Counted from the first letter of the stretch, positions 1-13,172 are shown. The stretch: 64,000 nucleotides of DNA from Octopus vulgaris (GCA_951406725.2 OX597832.1:15190001-15254000), one strand, 5' to 3'. Numbers and translations are program-made. The notes: a model not told the origin generated them from the sequence alone.

Positions 1-13
1 GTGCGTATCACTC

Positions 14-287
14 AGGCTTACGAGAAAGGAATGGCCTCCCTTTGCAAATACTTTAAGGGCACAGAAAGTGTCTAAAGCCAGCTGGAGACGATGATCTCCT
101 GGGGCTAGCTAAGTAAAGCCTACAGTAATACCCACCTCTTTGTGGTTAGCCATATTGACGTCACTAGGCTTTTATACTTTACAGCCTTGTCTTTTTATAT
201 ATATATATATCATAGGCTTACGAGAAAGGGATGACCTCCTTCAAATATGCACAGAAATAAAGCCAGCTGAGACGATGATCTCCTGGG

Positions 288-289
<2 letters not shown>
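14..289 (+). repeat. Imperfect direct duplication (14-103 vs 214-287, period 200 bp); second copy carries many deletions
   Basis: aggcttacgagaaagg...aaagccagct(g)gagacgatgatctcctggg occurs twice, separated by unique sequence and (TA)n. Confidence 0.8.
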
Positions 290-342
<53 letters not shown>

Positions 343-343
343 A

Positions 344-384
<41 letters not shown>

Positions 385-558
385 ACAACCTAATTTTCGG
401 TAATTACATCATTGTAGATATTAAATAAAAGACTGCCACATTGTTATTAGACACTTGTAAATGCAAAACCTTAAAAGTATTGGAGTGTAGGAAGTACACC
501 ATCACTATGATAGGATCTATATTGAAAATAACAATGATAATTTGAATAGGATTTATAT

Positions 559-621
<63 letters not shown>

Positions 622-1399
622 CGAAATATATTGAAAAATTATGTTGAAAATTCCTAGAATATTACGCAAATAATAAGGATGGTTTAATAAGATTCAGATT
701 TGTCATACATCATTATATAAGTTAATCCAAACTGAGAAGAGCGCAGCTATAGAAGCATATTGAATAATACCTAAGCAGCAAAATTAATTCTAATTATTGA
801 ATTAAAAGAAAATTCGAATAACCAATCATCTATTATTTAATGGAAGTGTAAGAACACGCATTTCTGTTTTTCAAACATCCAATTTCATTTAGCAGTTAAT
901 TCAACTAAGTGCACTTGCATTAAAATTTCGTGTTGAAAAGCTATTTGATGAATGATGATTTGACGTAAATTATTTTGAATATTTTCACACAATAGTGAAC
1001 GATAATCATTGCCACGCACAAGATACGTAGGCATGACTTCTTTTGCTTCACAGCTTGTAGTTCTAAGGAAATGAGATTGAAATTCATCAAAAGCAGCATG
1101 GCTCAATGTTGGAATAAGAAACTCGCTCACAAACCCTTACACATCGCATGCAGATCTATATAATTCTCCATTCGTGTACTTATGTAAGTATACACGTATA
1201 CGCTCTCATTTCTCTCCTCTCTCTTTCGCTCTATCTGTATGTAAGTCTATATATCTATCCATCTATCTACGTATATGTCTATCTATCTATATATATCTAT
1301 CTATGTGTCTCCCTATCTAGCTATCTATCTATATAACTAAATATATGTCTCATTGTCCGTCAGTCTATCTACTTATCTACCAATCTATATAGCTTTGTA

Positions 1400-1446
<47 letters not shown>

Positions 1447-1502
1447 TATATGTATATATATATATACATAAATACATATATATATATTTATGTATATATA
1501 CA

Positions 1503-1717
1503 TTCAAAATGTGACCGCGTGTGTACCGTTGGCGACCTTTTCCTCTGTCTTCCCTTCTCTGGATCTTCCCTTCTGCTATGTTTCCGAAGAAGTGCTCCAC
1601 TCGAAACGTTAAACCCTCCTTCTTCCCTTCCTTCTTGAGCGTTCAATAATACTATATTTGTCCCACGTCCTCGCGTTGTTGTGTTTTCTCTTTGTGTTTT
1701 CATGTTTGGATTAACTT

Positions 1718-1718
<1 letters not shown>
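1503..1718 (+). mobile_element. Short (TA)n-embedded element with a minimal hammerhead-like motif (Penelope-like terminal repeat fragment)
   Basis: gttt-CCGAAGA-a-gtgctccactc-GAAAC-GTT-aaac at 1580-1614; flanked by TA-rich microsatellite on both sides; 3' part resembles 12041-12220. Confidence 0.55.
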
Positions 1719-1778
<60 letters not shown>

Positions 1779-2059
1779 TTTACATTTGTTTCACTTTTCT
1801 TTCCTTTTCCATCTTCGTAAAGAAAAGCTCTACATTTGTATTTGTCCCCTCTTTGTCCATCTCTGTGTGGCTAATACAGAAAGCTATCTATCTTTATCTC
1901 TGTCTCTATATTAATAATACTAACATTTTAGAGATATTTAAGTGTACCCGATATACGTCTGTCTTCCTTCATATTTACAAACAGTTACGTATGTATTTTA
2001 TATCTTTATATTGCCTCCATCTATAACTTTAAATATTCTCTCATCAACTGATTTTGTCA

Positions 2060-3025
2060 GTTTCTCAACAATCTCACTTGTAATATTCTTGCAACAGCTT
2101 TTAATGCTTTTCCATAGTAAATCCTCGTTTGGATATTGTTTACCAATAGAATAATTAATCACAAATACTTGACCACAAATTCTCTATTGGGTTTAGATCT
2201 GGAGATTGGTGGTGGGAGCATTGCATTATCTTATGCTCTTTGAAACTTTTCTAAGCTAAATGGTAAATAATGAGTTTGAAAGAGTTTGAAGTGGCACTAT
2301 TATGTATAAATATGATCTTTAAATTGAAACCTCACTATGTTGACATGAACCAAGCATTTATTTTGACCCCATCAGCAAGATTAAATGGACTTATAATAAA
2401 CCCTCCAACCATACCAGGCCAAAACATGATTCCTCCAAGACCATGCTGTCTTCTGAATTGTGTTGGTTGATTTTTTCCATGTAATACCTAGCCCATCCAT
2501 CATGTAATACCTAGCCCATCCATGAGGTTCAGCTGATGTTGCTCTGGACTCGTCAGTAAAAATTACATTGTAATGTCTGTCTTCATATAACGTTTTGCCT
2601 ATGTCACTGTCTTTTGTTTGAGTACGTTATTTGAAGGAGACAATTTTGCGAAATTGATGGCTTTGCCTATTTCTTTTGAGTATTGTGCAAAGTTGTTTTC
2701 TTTTGTATGTTAGTGAATCTTGATTCTTAGAAAAAGACCCCACATTTCTTGCGCATAATTCTTTTGAGATTTCTGTTATCTCTATTTGTAATATTCTTGA
2801 AACCCGTTTTTACCCTTACTCTTGCTATCTCAAGGTTTTCTACCTGTTGTTTATTGTTCTCTGGTCTCTATTTAGCCTTTCGGAAATTGCAATTGCTGTA
2901 TCCATATCTCCCAGTAGTTTTACTCTTTCTTTCTTCTTATTTGATGTTATATCTTTACTTTGACGCATTTCTATCTTCCCAGTATCTGAAATGAAGAAAA
3001 AACATTTCAAAATGACATACCACAT
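2060..3025 (-). mobile_element. Decayed Tc1/mariner-superfamily (Tc1-like DDE) transposase
   Basis: Minus-strand translations: SPDLNPIENLW (2173-2205), IFIHNSATS (HDNA-like), MFWPGMVGGFIISPF, FTDESRAT (~2537-2560) and an N-terminal HTH-like MRQSKDITSNKKK...ISERLNRDQRTI; frameshifts and stops present; TIRs not identified. Confidence 0.85.
2478..2523. repeat. 23-bp tandem duplication inside the Tc1 remnant
   Basis: catgtaatacctagcccatccat x2. Confidence 0.9.
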
Positions 3026-4449
3026 GGGGAAAGCAGTATCAGTTTAAATTGCGCTTTAAATGCACACTGGTTTAAACGAAGACATACGTGAGTCATGTGA
3101 TACATTATCCTACACATTCCGTAAAAGCTTTAAGAAAATCGGACAAGGGGTTTTGATTTTATTTAGGAATAGTTGACCTTCATAATGAAAAGAAACAATG
3201 TAAATCTGGAACAGGTATTTCAAATATGGACAGGTAGCTTACGAGCACTCTAATAAAAGCCAGATTCAGCTAACAACATCGGATGATAGCAAATATTGAG
3301 AATTGTACAAATTAACCAGTTAAACGTTACTAGCTTCGAATGGGTAAATGCTAAGTTTGATTCAATGGACTTCATGTAGAATATTGAGGATATCATCAGA
3401 AGATAAAAATGAGGAAATGAGAGTTATATAAATATATAATTCATCGATTAAAATTTATTCTTTTTCATATTACATTCCGAAACGTGCTTCATTGTATAAT
3501 TAGCATAGAGGCGTTTTACATAACAGCTTAGTGCATTCAACTGAGTTAGTGTCGTGCGTTATCTAATCCAAAGATTTAAATTCCTATTCATCTTTGCTCA
3601 ACGTTTCCCAATCTAGTCCGTGCAACAACCTTCAGAAAAGCTATAAAAGGTTGTCAGCCTTTTCTTTAGAATTGGTAATGTTATACGACGATTGATTTAA
3701 TATAAATCATCTAAATGCGCGAAACTATTATACCAAAACATCCTCTGCCTCTCTCTAGTCAGACATGATATACCTGAAGGTTCAGGTCAATAACGCGGAT
3801 GTAATCTGAAGAAATGTTCTTTCATTAAATAAATTTTAAAGATAGCTACAACTGGAAAACATAATGCAAAGATTTTTCGGCGAAATGACTCTCAATTCCT
3901 TTCATCAAGCATAAAATGTACAGTACAGTCATGGAACAAATATTATAAGTTTAGTATAACAAAAATAATGAAACACCGTTACTGCCGAAATCCATAAAAT
4001 TTGTGCAAAGGCAGCGAGCTTCAAAAGTGCCTTAAATATATATATTCCTTAGATATATTTCATATTAGATTAAGCCTACGGAATATCATAATATAATGTT
4101 GTTCGAAATTAGAAACACAGGCGTGTTCTACAATTACCAACTAATTTAGATGTAAACACTAAGACGGAAAGGATTTTAGAATTGTTTGAAGATTTTGCAG
4201 ATCAAGTACTAATTCAATCCGGGTATCATCAGAAGTTATAAGTCGGTGATCGTCAATGTCACAAGCGTTTGTCTCAATAATGCGTGTGGAAAATACAGCA
4301 GCGATACACCAGCCAAATCAGGCACCTGTCGAATGAAGTGGCATAACGCTATCTAGACCAAATATGGTGCGCCATTTCGTCAAGACTGTGAGGACAACAT
4401 GCTTCTAAAGTGTATGGAACTCCTTCCATAGGAGGGAAATAAAACCACT

Positions 4450-4570
4450 TCTAATGCTTCTTTACATGACGTAGTGAATAGGAACGCCAACGCTAGTGAT
4501 GCCTTCCAAAGACTGCGAACAAATGTAAGGAATGAGGGAGGCCTGGGTTTGAAAACCAAACACTCGTTTT
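4450..4570 (+). mobile_element. RTE-clade LINE fragment (region C-terminal to RT)
   Basis: Translates SNASLHDVVNRNANASDAFQRLRTNVRNEGGLGLKTK, matching the RTE/BovB pattern RIAKASxAFGRLRxxVWxxxGLxLxTK. Confidence 0.65.
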
Positions 4571-5113
4571 GCGTGAATTGGCCTCTAAATTGCCGTATGG
4601 TTATCTATCGTGAGCAACAGATGAAAAGCATATCACAATAGCTGATACTTTCTTCCAGAGATATCTTAGAATTATATGTGGTTTCACATGATCGGACAGA
4701 GTCTCCAGTGAGGCTTCTTGGGGTGGTTTGAATTAATTTGGATATGATATGTAGCTAGGATGAAAGATAAATTGTTGCCAAAAATTGAGACTCATGCCCA
4801 GCGACAGACGTGAATGCGTAATGTAGGTAAAAACCTTCTTAGATATATTTATAAGCTGACGAATAATACGCTATAAATGTATTTATAAAATTATCACCTT
4901 AATAGCTGCAGAATTATCTATCAAAATAATTTCAATACACTTTTTAACCCATGGATTGATTGAACACAAGTGACCCAAGGCAAAACCAAAACAATACCAT
5001 TTTCTTCCAACCTCTGTGTGTCAAAATTGAGTTCTGGTTTCCAAAAGAAAGAGGGTCTACATTCTCACAGAACTCACAAACTAAACGATATGGAATAATA
5101 AAATACTTTAGTC

Positions 5114-5173
<60 letters not shown>

Positions 5174-5404
5174 AGGAGAGAGAAAGAAAAAAGAGGGCGT
5201 CTCTGTATACATACATCTCTAGTTGAGTGATTATTACTACCTGATGTTATGCAATTCTGATTTATATATATATGTATATGTGTGTGTGTGTGTGTGTGTG
5301 TTCAGCAACAATTTAGATACAAATGAATATGTTACTTAATTTAGATGCACCAGAATTTTGTATGGTGTTATCCATAAAAATTTGCGGGATGATTATAATA
5401 AAAA

Positions 5405-5512
5405 ATAAGCAACAAAAATGACTCCGGTAATTTGGTATAATTGTTTCGCACTACAAAATGTTGTAGTGCGAAACAATTGTACCAAATTACCGGAGTCATT
5501 CTTGTTGCTTAT
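5405..5512. repeat. Near-perfect palindrome (52-bp arms, 4-nt loop) abutting (TA)n
   Basis: 5405-5456 is the reverse complement of 5461-5512 with 2 mismatches. Confidence 0.95.
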
Positions 5513-5518
5513 ATTTTG

Positions 5519-5616
<98 letters not shown>

Positions 5617-6249
5617 TAAATACATAGATATAGATATATAGTTATACATAATAATGTCCAAAATAATTCACGATATATCTTAAATGCAGCTGTTTGAATA
5701 TGTGTATATGAAGCTGTGTGTAGTATAGACATCTAGATGCATACATGCAGTATTCTTTCAGCAGTTTTCTACATTTTTGTTCTGACATAAAATATTTCTA
5801 ATATTTTAAATTCATAACAAAACATCATACCTTGCAGCCATGTTTATTAAATTAATTGCTCACTTCCATCTTTTTCTCAAATGTGTTTTAATTTCTCTCT
5901 GGAATACTTTAATATATTCATTGATGTTTTGCATTTTCTTCATGTATCGTTTCTTTATTTTTCCCATGTCTTGCGCAAATGTTGTTTTCCTGTTACGATA
6001 ATGCTTATGTTATTTTCATTAGTATTGTCGTTAATGCTGGTAAAAAAAAACAACGGAATGATAATGAAAAATTACAGTTATTTTTTATTTCATGTTTTAG
6101 ACATTTCCGCGTTTCAGCTCTGAACATATTACTTAATATCATTATATTTTCTTATATTCTTTCATTTCAATTGTTTTTATCATTTCTACCGACTGCCGTA
6201 TGCATCTGCAACCGCAGCAATGATGTTGAGGATAATAGTGATGATGATA

Positions 6250-6259
6250 GTAGTTGTAA

Positions 6260-6324
<65 letters not shown>

Positions 6325-6366
6325 ATAGTAGTAGCACCAGCAGCAGTAGTAGTAGTAATAGTAGTA
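6250..6366. repeat. (TAG)n microsatellite
   Basis: Direct inspection. Confidence 0.95.
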
Positions 6367-8881
6367 AAAGCTATATTATGGAAAGTCTCATTTTCACGAT
6401 ACACTGTATTTAATGGAAGCTTAAAATGTATAATACACTTACCAATATCATGAATATTATCTTTGTTCTATATTATTTTTCCATCTAACGTAATACATCA
6501 TCGCATGAATGTTACATTCTTATATATGGAAAATTGTGTTGTTTATCGTTTACTATATCCAGTTGATGTTTTCTGTAATTTTTTATATATTTTTTCCGTT
6601 CGTTACCAAGGATTTTCGTTTGTTTTCTTTTCAGAATATATATATATATATTGTATTGTGCCACACGTGAGAAGTCGGAGATTTCTTTTTTGTCATTTAG
6701 GATATAGGTTATTGCTATTTTCAAAGAATGTTCGGTATGGTTCGTAAAGTATTTGACTACGATATCCTGGTTTTAAAAGCCACAAAAACCTATATTTCCT
6801 CTCTCTGTTGTTTTGCCGTTTTGTAGGATACTGCTTGTGTTTTGTAAGCAAACATTTTTCTCGTATGCGTTTTGATTGTTGGTAGTAATACCGCTATATG
6901 AGGTTTGAATTATTGTGGTGTGCTATAATATTTTTCGCGGTAATCGTATTTCATTTGTCTTTGAGGCGAGCTTTATCTTATATAACATCTAGCACTTCTT
7001 TGTATAAATGTGTGTCACTTTATCATATTGGGTGAAAGTGGTTTACAAAGGAGTGGGATGCACAGAACAAAATGAGATTCTGAAGTGTGCGCCCTAACTA
7101 TCATACTGGCCTTATGAAAATTATATCTGGATAAAGCTATGCTTCATCTCATCCTACCAGTATGTGTATGGAAACGTTAAAAAATAACTTCAGTTTGTGT
7201 GTGTGTGCTTATTTGTGCGTATGTAAATGTGTGTATGCATGAGTGCTAGAGTGTGCTTATGTGTATTTAGGATGGTCGTCGAATTATTTCATTCGATCAA
7301 TTTCCCTCAAAATATTTTGGTCTTACCGTAAATATAGTAGAAGGTACATGATCAAAGTTCCGCTCAGTGGGACTAAAAATCACGCCACTTGAAATGAAAG
7401 GGTGTTTCGCAATCATAGAGAAATACCGGCTCTTCTAGCAAACTGCTTCCCCTCACAGACATGCATGCGCCATTACAATATCCCCTTCGAAAGATATTTA
7501 CTCAATGTATTATCCATGTAAATTTAACTGCAAATCAATCTATTTGGAAAATTATACGTGCTTACGGATATAGAAATATATTTCACATTGTACGGCAAAA
7601 GAAACACCGCGTATCTTAATGTTCTCTGAACGTCATTATCACCTTCATATAATTTCCAGTGTAGAATTTCTTTTTCCATTACAACATATATTTAATCAGA
7701 AGAAGAGTATTTTCAGCATCACGACATTGAGAAATATCATAGTCTATTAACTCGCCTTAAGACAACGATTATGGAAGTAAAATATATTTTGATCAAGCAA
7801 AAGTGTTAATTGCTCCGACATTCAGATGCCATTTCACTAGGTTAAGCATGACAAGAAAACTGGATTATATCGTGACGCCTCAGTAGATTTGCGAATAAAA
7901 CAATATACTTCAGGCTAATCTAAATAATTATGGAGACACAGTGGAATTATACACGCCCCGTTTATTTACAGATTAACGTCTTCGTATATCTTATGTTCAT
8001 CATACATTGTTTACGAGCCAGAGTTTGTTAAGAAGATAATTTTTCTGATTACATTAATAGCCACATACAAAAATATATACACGTATATGCATCTGTATAG
8101 GAATATCGAGCTTCTGTGTTTGCTGGCGCATGTTTGCGCATATTAATGTACATCAGTGCGCATGCCAGTGTGTTTGCATATATCAATTATATCTTTATCA
8201 GTATCAATCAATATCGCTAATATGCAGTTAACTGGTGCATGATAATATTTTGAAAAACAATAAGAAGGTGAAGAAAGACAAATACGCAATTATTTTTTAT
8301 CCTCACAATGAGATGAACACATCGAATATATTAATATTTGCATATTTATAGAATCTGTTTTTCATTCCGTCTCATATCTCAACGAACTTTGTGTCTTTGC
8401 ATATTTATTCTTCACCAGAATTATTTCTTGCTGTAATTAATTACTTCCCAGTCTCCATTTCTACAATTTATTTATAACATCAATATTAATATATTTACAT
8501 TTTTTATTTATTTTATTAATTCATTTTCATTTCATGAATAAAAACGGAAACCTCCAAAGCATTGCATTGTTCCGCTTTATCTTCGCATTACTGTGGGTGC
8601 ACTGACATAGGAGGCATATATATTTTTGCTTCAAAAACATTTGGTCGCTTGCACACATAACAATTATCGAGATTACAGTGGATTCGTTCTGTCTGACTCA
8701 CTGTTCAATCGTGCTGTACGGCGACACGTAAGTCGATGATATCTGATTGAAATACAAGAATAACCTTCATGTTTGTGAATGGTATATACTCAGTGTTTAC
8801 TCAGTGCTCCTATTCCAATTCTTCTTATACATATTTTAATTTATAGAATGAGAAAAATGGTAATATATAACGCCGTTCTAT

Positions 8882-9262
8882 TTGCTGTTGCTGTTGTTGT
8901 TGAGCGAAGCGCTCTTGTCCCAGAGCTCGCAAGAGGGAGAAGTCCGAAACGTGGTCTTTGCTTTTCGTAAGACCCGCAGAAGGGAATGCAGGTCAACCCT
9001 CGACAGCGAGAGCATCGACGGATGGCTGAATGCGCATCCAGTCTCAGCGGTTGCGTAGGAACTCGGGGGCAAGAAACAGGCAGAAAGAGTGAGAGAAAGT
9101 TGGAGCTGAAGAGTACAACAGGGGTCGCCGCTATCCCCTGACGGAGCCTCGTGGAGCTTTAGGTGTTTTCGCTCAATAAACACACACAACGCCCGGTCTG
9201 GGAATCCCAACCGCGATCCTCCGACCGGGAATCCGCTGCCCTAACCATTGGGCTATTGCGCC
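8882..9262 (-). mobile_element. tRNA-derived SINE, apparently full length, with (CAA)n-type tail
   Basis: Minus strand starts ggcgcaatagcccaatggttaggg (A box) ... gcggttgggattccc (degenerate B box); ends in caacaacaacagcaac. Confidence 0.8.
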
Positions 9263-9699
9263 ACCATTTTCTGTCGCTGTGCAACAGTCATGGAGACGCA
9301 TTGCTGTAAAACATATTTTTGGAGGCTTTGCATGAAAGTATGACCTATGATTAACATTATTTCAGAATCGTTGTTTTATGTATACAAATTCGATTTGCAT
9401 TTAGTTCTTGGTGTTAAAACAGTTTCTAACGCATCTAAATGAGTGATGAGTGTGAAGTCGATTTCGTTATTACTCAAGTGACATGTGACGCATTTCGGGT
9501 TAAAACCTGAAATGAAATTATAAACAAAAGCGTAATGTAATATATATAACGGTTGTAGCTGCACTCATTTGGACTACATAATGTCTTCTAAATAATTACA
9601 TTTTCCATGATAAATCTCTCGATTTGCTAAATATAGAAGCAGTCTGGAAACACAAAGAATGGTTTCGCGTTATTAAGGTTTCCATTTCTATTTCTTTAC

Positions 9700-10455
9700 G
9701 GCGGCGAGCTGGCAGAAACGTTAGCACGCCGGGCGAAATGCTTATCGGTATTTCGTCTGCCGTTACGTTACGCCGAGGTCCACTTTGCCTTTAATCATTT
9801 CGGGTTCTATTAGGTAATTACCAGTTGCGCACTCGGGTCGATTTAATCGACTTAATCCCTTTGTCTGTCCTTGTTTGTCCTCCCTGTGTTTAGCCCCTTG
9901 TGGGTAGTAAAGAAATAGGTATTCCGTCTGCCGCTACGTTCTGAGATCAAATTCAGCCGAGGTCGACTTTGGCTTTCATCCCTTCGGGGTCGATTATATA
10001 AGTACCTGTTGCGCACTGGGGTCGATATAATCGACTTAATCCGTTTGTCTGTCCTTCTTCGTCCTCTCTGAGTTAAGCCCCTTGTGGGTAGTAAAGCAAA
10101 GGGTATTTTGTCTGCCATTACATTCACAGTTCAAATTCCGCTGAGGTCGACTTTGCCTTCCATCCTTTCGGAGTCGATTAAATAAGTACGAGTTACGAAC
10201 CGGGGTCGATTTAATTGATTTATTCCGATCGTCTGTCCTTGTTCGTCCTATCTGTGTTTAGCCCCTTGTGGGTAGTAAAGAAGTAGGTATTTCATCTGCC
10301 GCTATGTACTTACTTCAAATTCCGCCGAAGTTGAATTTGTCTTTCATTCTTTCGAGGTCGATGAAATAGTACCAGTTTCGTACCGGGGTCGATGTAATTG
10401 ACTATCCCCCTTCCTCCCAAACTTTCCAAGGCCTTACGCCTAGAGTAGAAATAAT
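9700..10455 (+). mobile_element. tRNA-derived SINE (family A) as a multimer: one head plus four ~184-bp body units
   Basis: Head ggcggcgagctggcagaaacgttagc; unit anchors ggtatt(t)cgtctgcc at ~9747, 9918, 10102, 10286; B-box-like gttcaaattcc; many dispersed copies in the window. Confidence 0.9.
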
Positions 10456-11486
10456 GACTGAGAATTCTGTTTTCTGCACCCTTAAATCCGATGTGTCCTA
10501 TTTATTTCTCAAGAATAAGGTATCATGAATATGAAATAACAGAATATCGCTATTAAACAAACGAAATACCGTTTTTCACCATAAAATCTAGGCTTCACAA
10601 TCTGCTTTATACATATATCTATATTTGTAATCTCTCAAGTATTTGCTATGTCTTCCATCCATACACAAAGTGTATGTTAGTCCAATCTCACTCAATTGAT
10701 TTTGATTTGTAACAGAAGTCACTGGATAATGGAGTACAGTGTAGGCATTCTATTCCGAAGCAAATCTGTATTTTCAAATTTGGAACGGCATTTGAGAACT
10801 CCTACTAGTATACATCAAACCTGTTTCGACAGTAAACAATTCTACCATTGTACGGATGCGTGTCAAATCACATGAGGAAATATTTTATTCCGTCAATATT
10901 TATGTCACAAAAATTGGTGTAAGACAGACCAGAAATGCCACCGGCAACGGACAACAATGGGGTCGGTGGAACATGAGAAGGTAAATTAAGAAGAAACATG
11001 GATTTAGAAATTAAAAACAACAATATATGTACCGCTTTTCAAGTTAGTAAATGCCACAACAAGTAAGGTTTCTTTGCGGTTTAACAAACAACCACTGAGT
11101 ATAAGATTTACTATAGATCCCCAATGTGATAACCCATTTATATCCTAGTTTCACTACAACTAATGAACGGAAACAGTTTTAGAGAAAAACTATTAGCCGA
11201 TTTACCTGACAATCTCTGATTGATTCAAACAGGGAAACCGAAAATCTGATGAGCATGTGTTACAAGTCTGTATTGTAGATGTGAGCGCAGGGAAGTGACA
11301 CGACCTGCGGGAACGTCGATTTCCACGCATGAACAGGAAGATGTATGTCACCTCCTAACAAAAATATTTTGCTCAGTTGGCATTAGATTTGGCGGTAAAT
11401 ATTAGTCAGTCTGTTTGTAGGTTTTCTTTAAGTACCTATTTTAAATTTTAGACATATATATACATACACACATATATGTATATTAA

Positions 11487-11543
<57 letters not shown>

Positions 11544-11601
11544 ATGTGTGTGAGTGTGTGTGTGTGTGTATGTCTGTTTGTGTCTGTGTATGTATGTATA
11601 T

Positions 11602-11927
11602 ATCAAAATAAGCACCAGGATATCCAGAGGTGATGCAGTACGATCGCTTGAAGCAACTCCAAATGAATTGAACAATGCAATCATTACATCATAGTTAAAT
11701 GCAAATCTATCCTCATGCTGAAGTGAATACACCGTGGAGTTGTCTGTCTTAGGTAAAATTATACAAATGTGTCCGACTTATTAAATAAATTATAATTGTT
11801 TCTTTCTTTATGCAGCTGAGGATAGCTCTGCATTTAATCTGATGCAATGATTGTATTGCTTATTTAAATGGAGCCGCTTGAATCGATATTGTGCGTCCCC
11901 TCTGAATAACCCGTAGCTTACTTTGAT
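11602..11927. repeat. Diverged fold-back element (~115-bp arms, ~90-bp spacer) next to TA/TG microsatellite
   Basis: 11602-11720 aligns to the reverse complement of 11813-11927. Confidence 0.85.
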
Positions 11928-12040
11928 TTTATTCAACTTATTTGAAACTGTACGGATAATTCTGCACTAGTTTTGGTGTCTCAAGTTAAGTACCTAACTT
12001 CATTTCAATCTCAAATATACATACATACATATATATATGT

Positions 12041-12220
12041 ATAGATCGTTAGCTACTACACACATTTGTTCTTGTTTTTTCCGGGTACCTTTCTGTAGAA
12101 GAGCATAGGCTCGAAACGTAAAATACTTTTTCTATTCCTGAGCGTTATACTAATACATATGTTTGTGCTTTGTACACCACCTGCCTTCGTCTTTTGTTTA
12201 TTTTGGTAAACTTTCCTTTA
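12041..12220 (+). mobile_element. Short TA-flanked element with a minimal hammerhead-like motif
   Basis: ttt-CTGTAGA-a-gagc-atag-gctc-GAAAC-GTA-aaa at 12090-12123; second copy inverted at 20847-21046. Confidence 0.65.
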
Positions 12221-12247
12221 TATATATTCATTATATGTAGGTGTTTC

Positions 12248-12304
<57 letters not shown>

Positions 12305-12930
12305 AAAGACAACGGATAAATAAAATATATGTATATATATTTGCACACATGGTGTTGTGTGTACTTATGGGTGATGTATACGGTTATGGTCGTGTAAGTT
12401 TTTCATTTGCCTGATATTATCGATCATCGTTTTTAAAGGTTTATTTATTGATAAGATCATTAGTAATATACATTGCTGTATGTGTCTAATTCATTTGACG
12501 CTTGTGACAATCAATACATATTATTTTATATTTTGTATGATTTCTCCTCCGCCGTGTAAACGTGCAGCTTATCAGTATTGACAGTTTAGATTATTTACTT
12601 TATTATTTTTGCACCAATGCAACATTGAAATATTGAATTTAATTCTCAGATATGTTCAAGGAAACATGGACTTAACAAGGTTGACTTGTCTTCGTGTTTC
12701 CAGTAAAACTTTTCTTTATGCTCTTCTTATGAGGAATAAAACACTTTCTAGAAAATTTCGTTCAATTCTAAGTTGGCAAGACAGCACACACCTTCAATAT
12801 CCTAGATATTCTTCCTCTTAGATGTTAATTAAAGGCACTTCTTTAGCAAGGGCTTTATATTCATGACACTTTTGAATACGTTTTAAGCACAGAGCAGAGG
12901 AATCTAACACACATACATGCACAAAAATAA

Positions 12931-13005
<75 letters not shown>

Positions 13006-13105
13006 TACACACAGACGCGTTCACACAATATATACAGTACATGTCTTTGTGCGAGTGTGCGTGCGTGAGTGTGTGCGTATGGTTATGTATATATACATAT
13101 ATATG

Positions 13106-13172
<67 letters not shown>

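Noticed and set aside
6560-7030. Possible Penelope GIY-YIG remnant on the minus strand
   Set aside because: Could not recover the GIY/YIG motifs in any frame I read
8935-8960. agtccGAAACgtgGTC as a hammerhead half
   Set aside because: No CUGANGA partner or stems; lies antisense in a SINE tail
9190-9262. tRNA gene
   Set aside because: tRNA-like SINE head with damaged B box, continuing into a SINE body; the same holds for 63147-63215
10920-10990. Possible exon ending at AAG|GTAAAT
   Set aside because: No clear acceptor, no recognisable peptide, no partner exons
11246-11275. CTGATGAgc as an HHR core
   Set aside because: No stem II closure followed by GAAA
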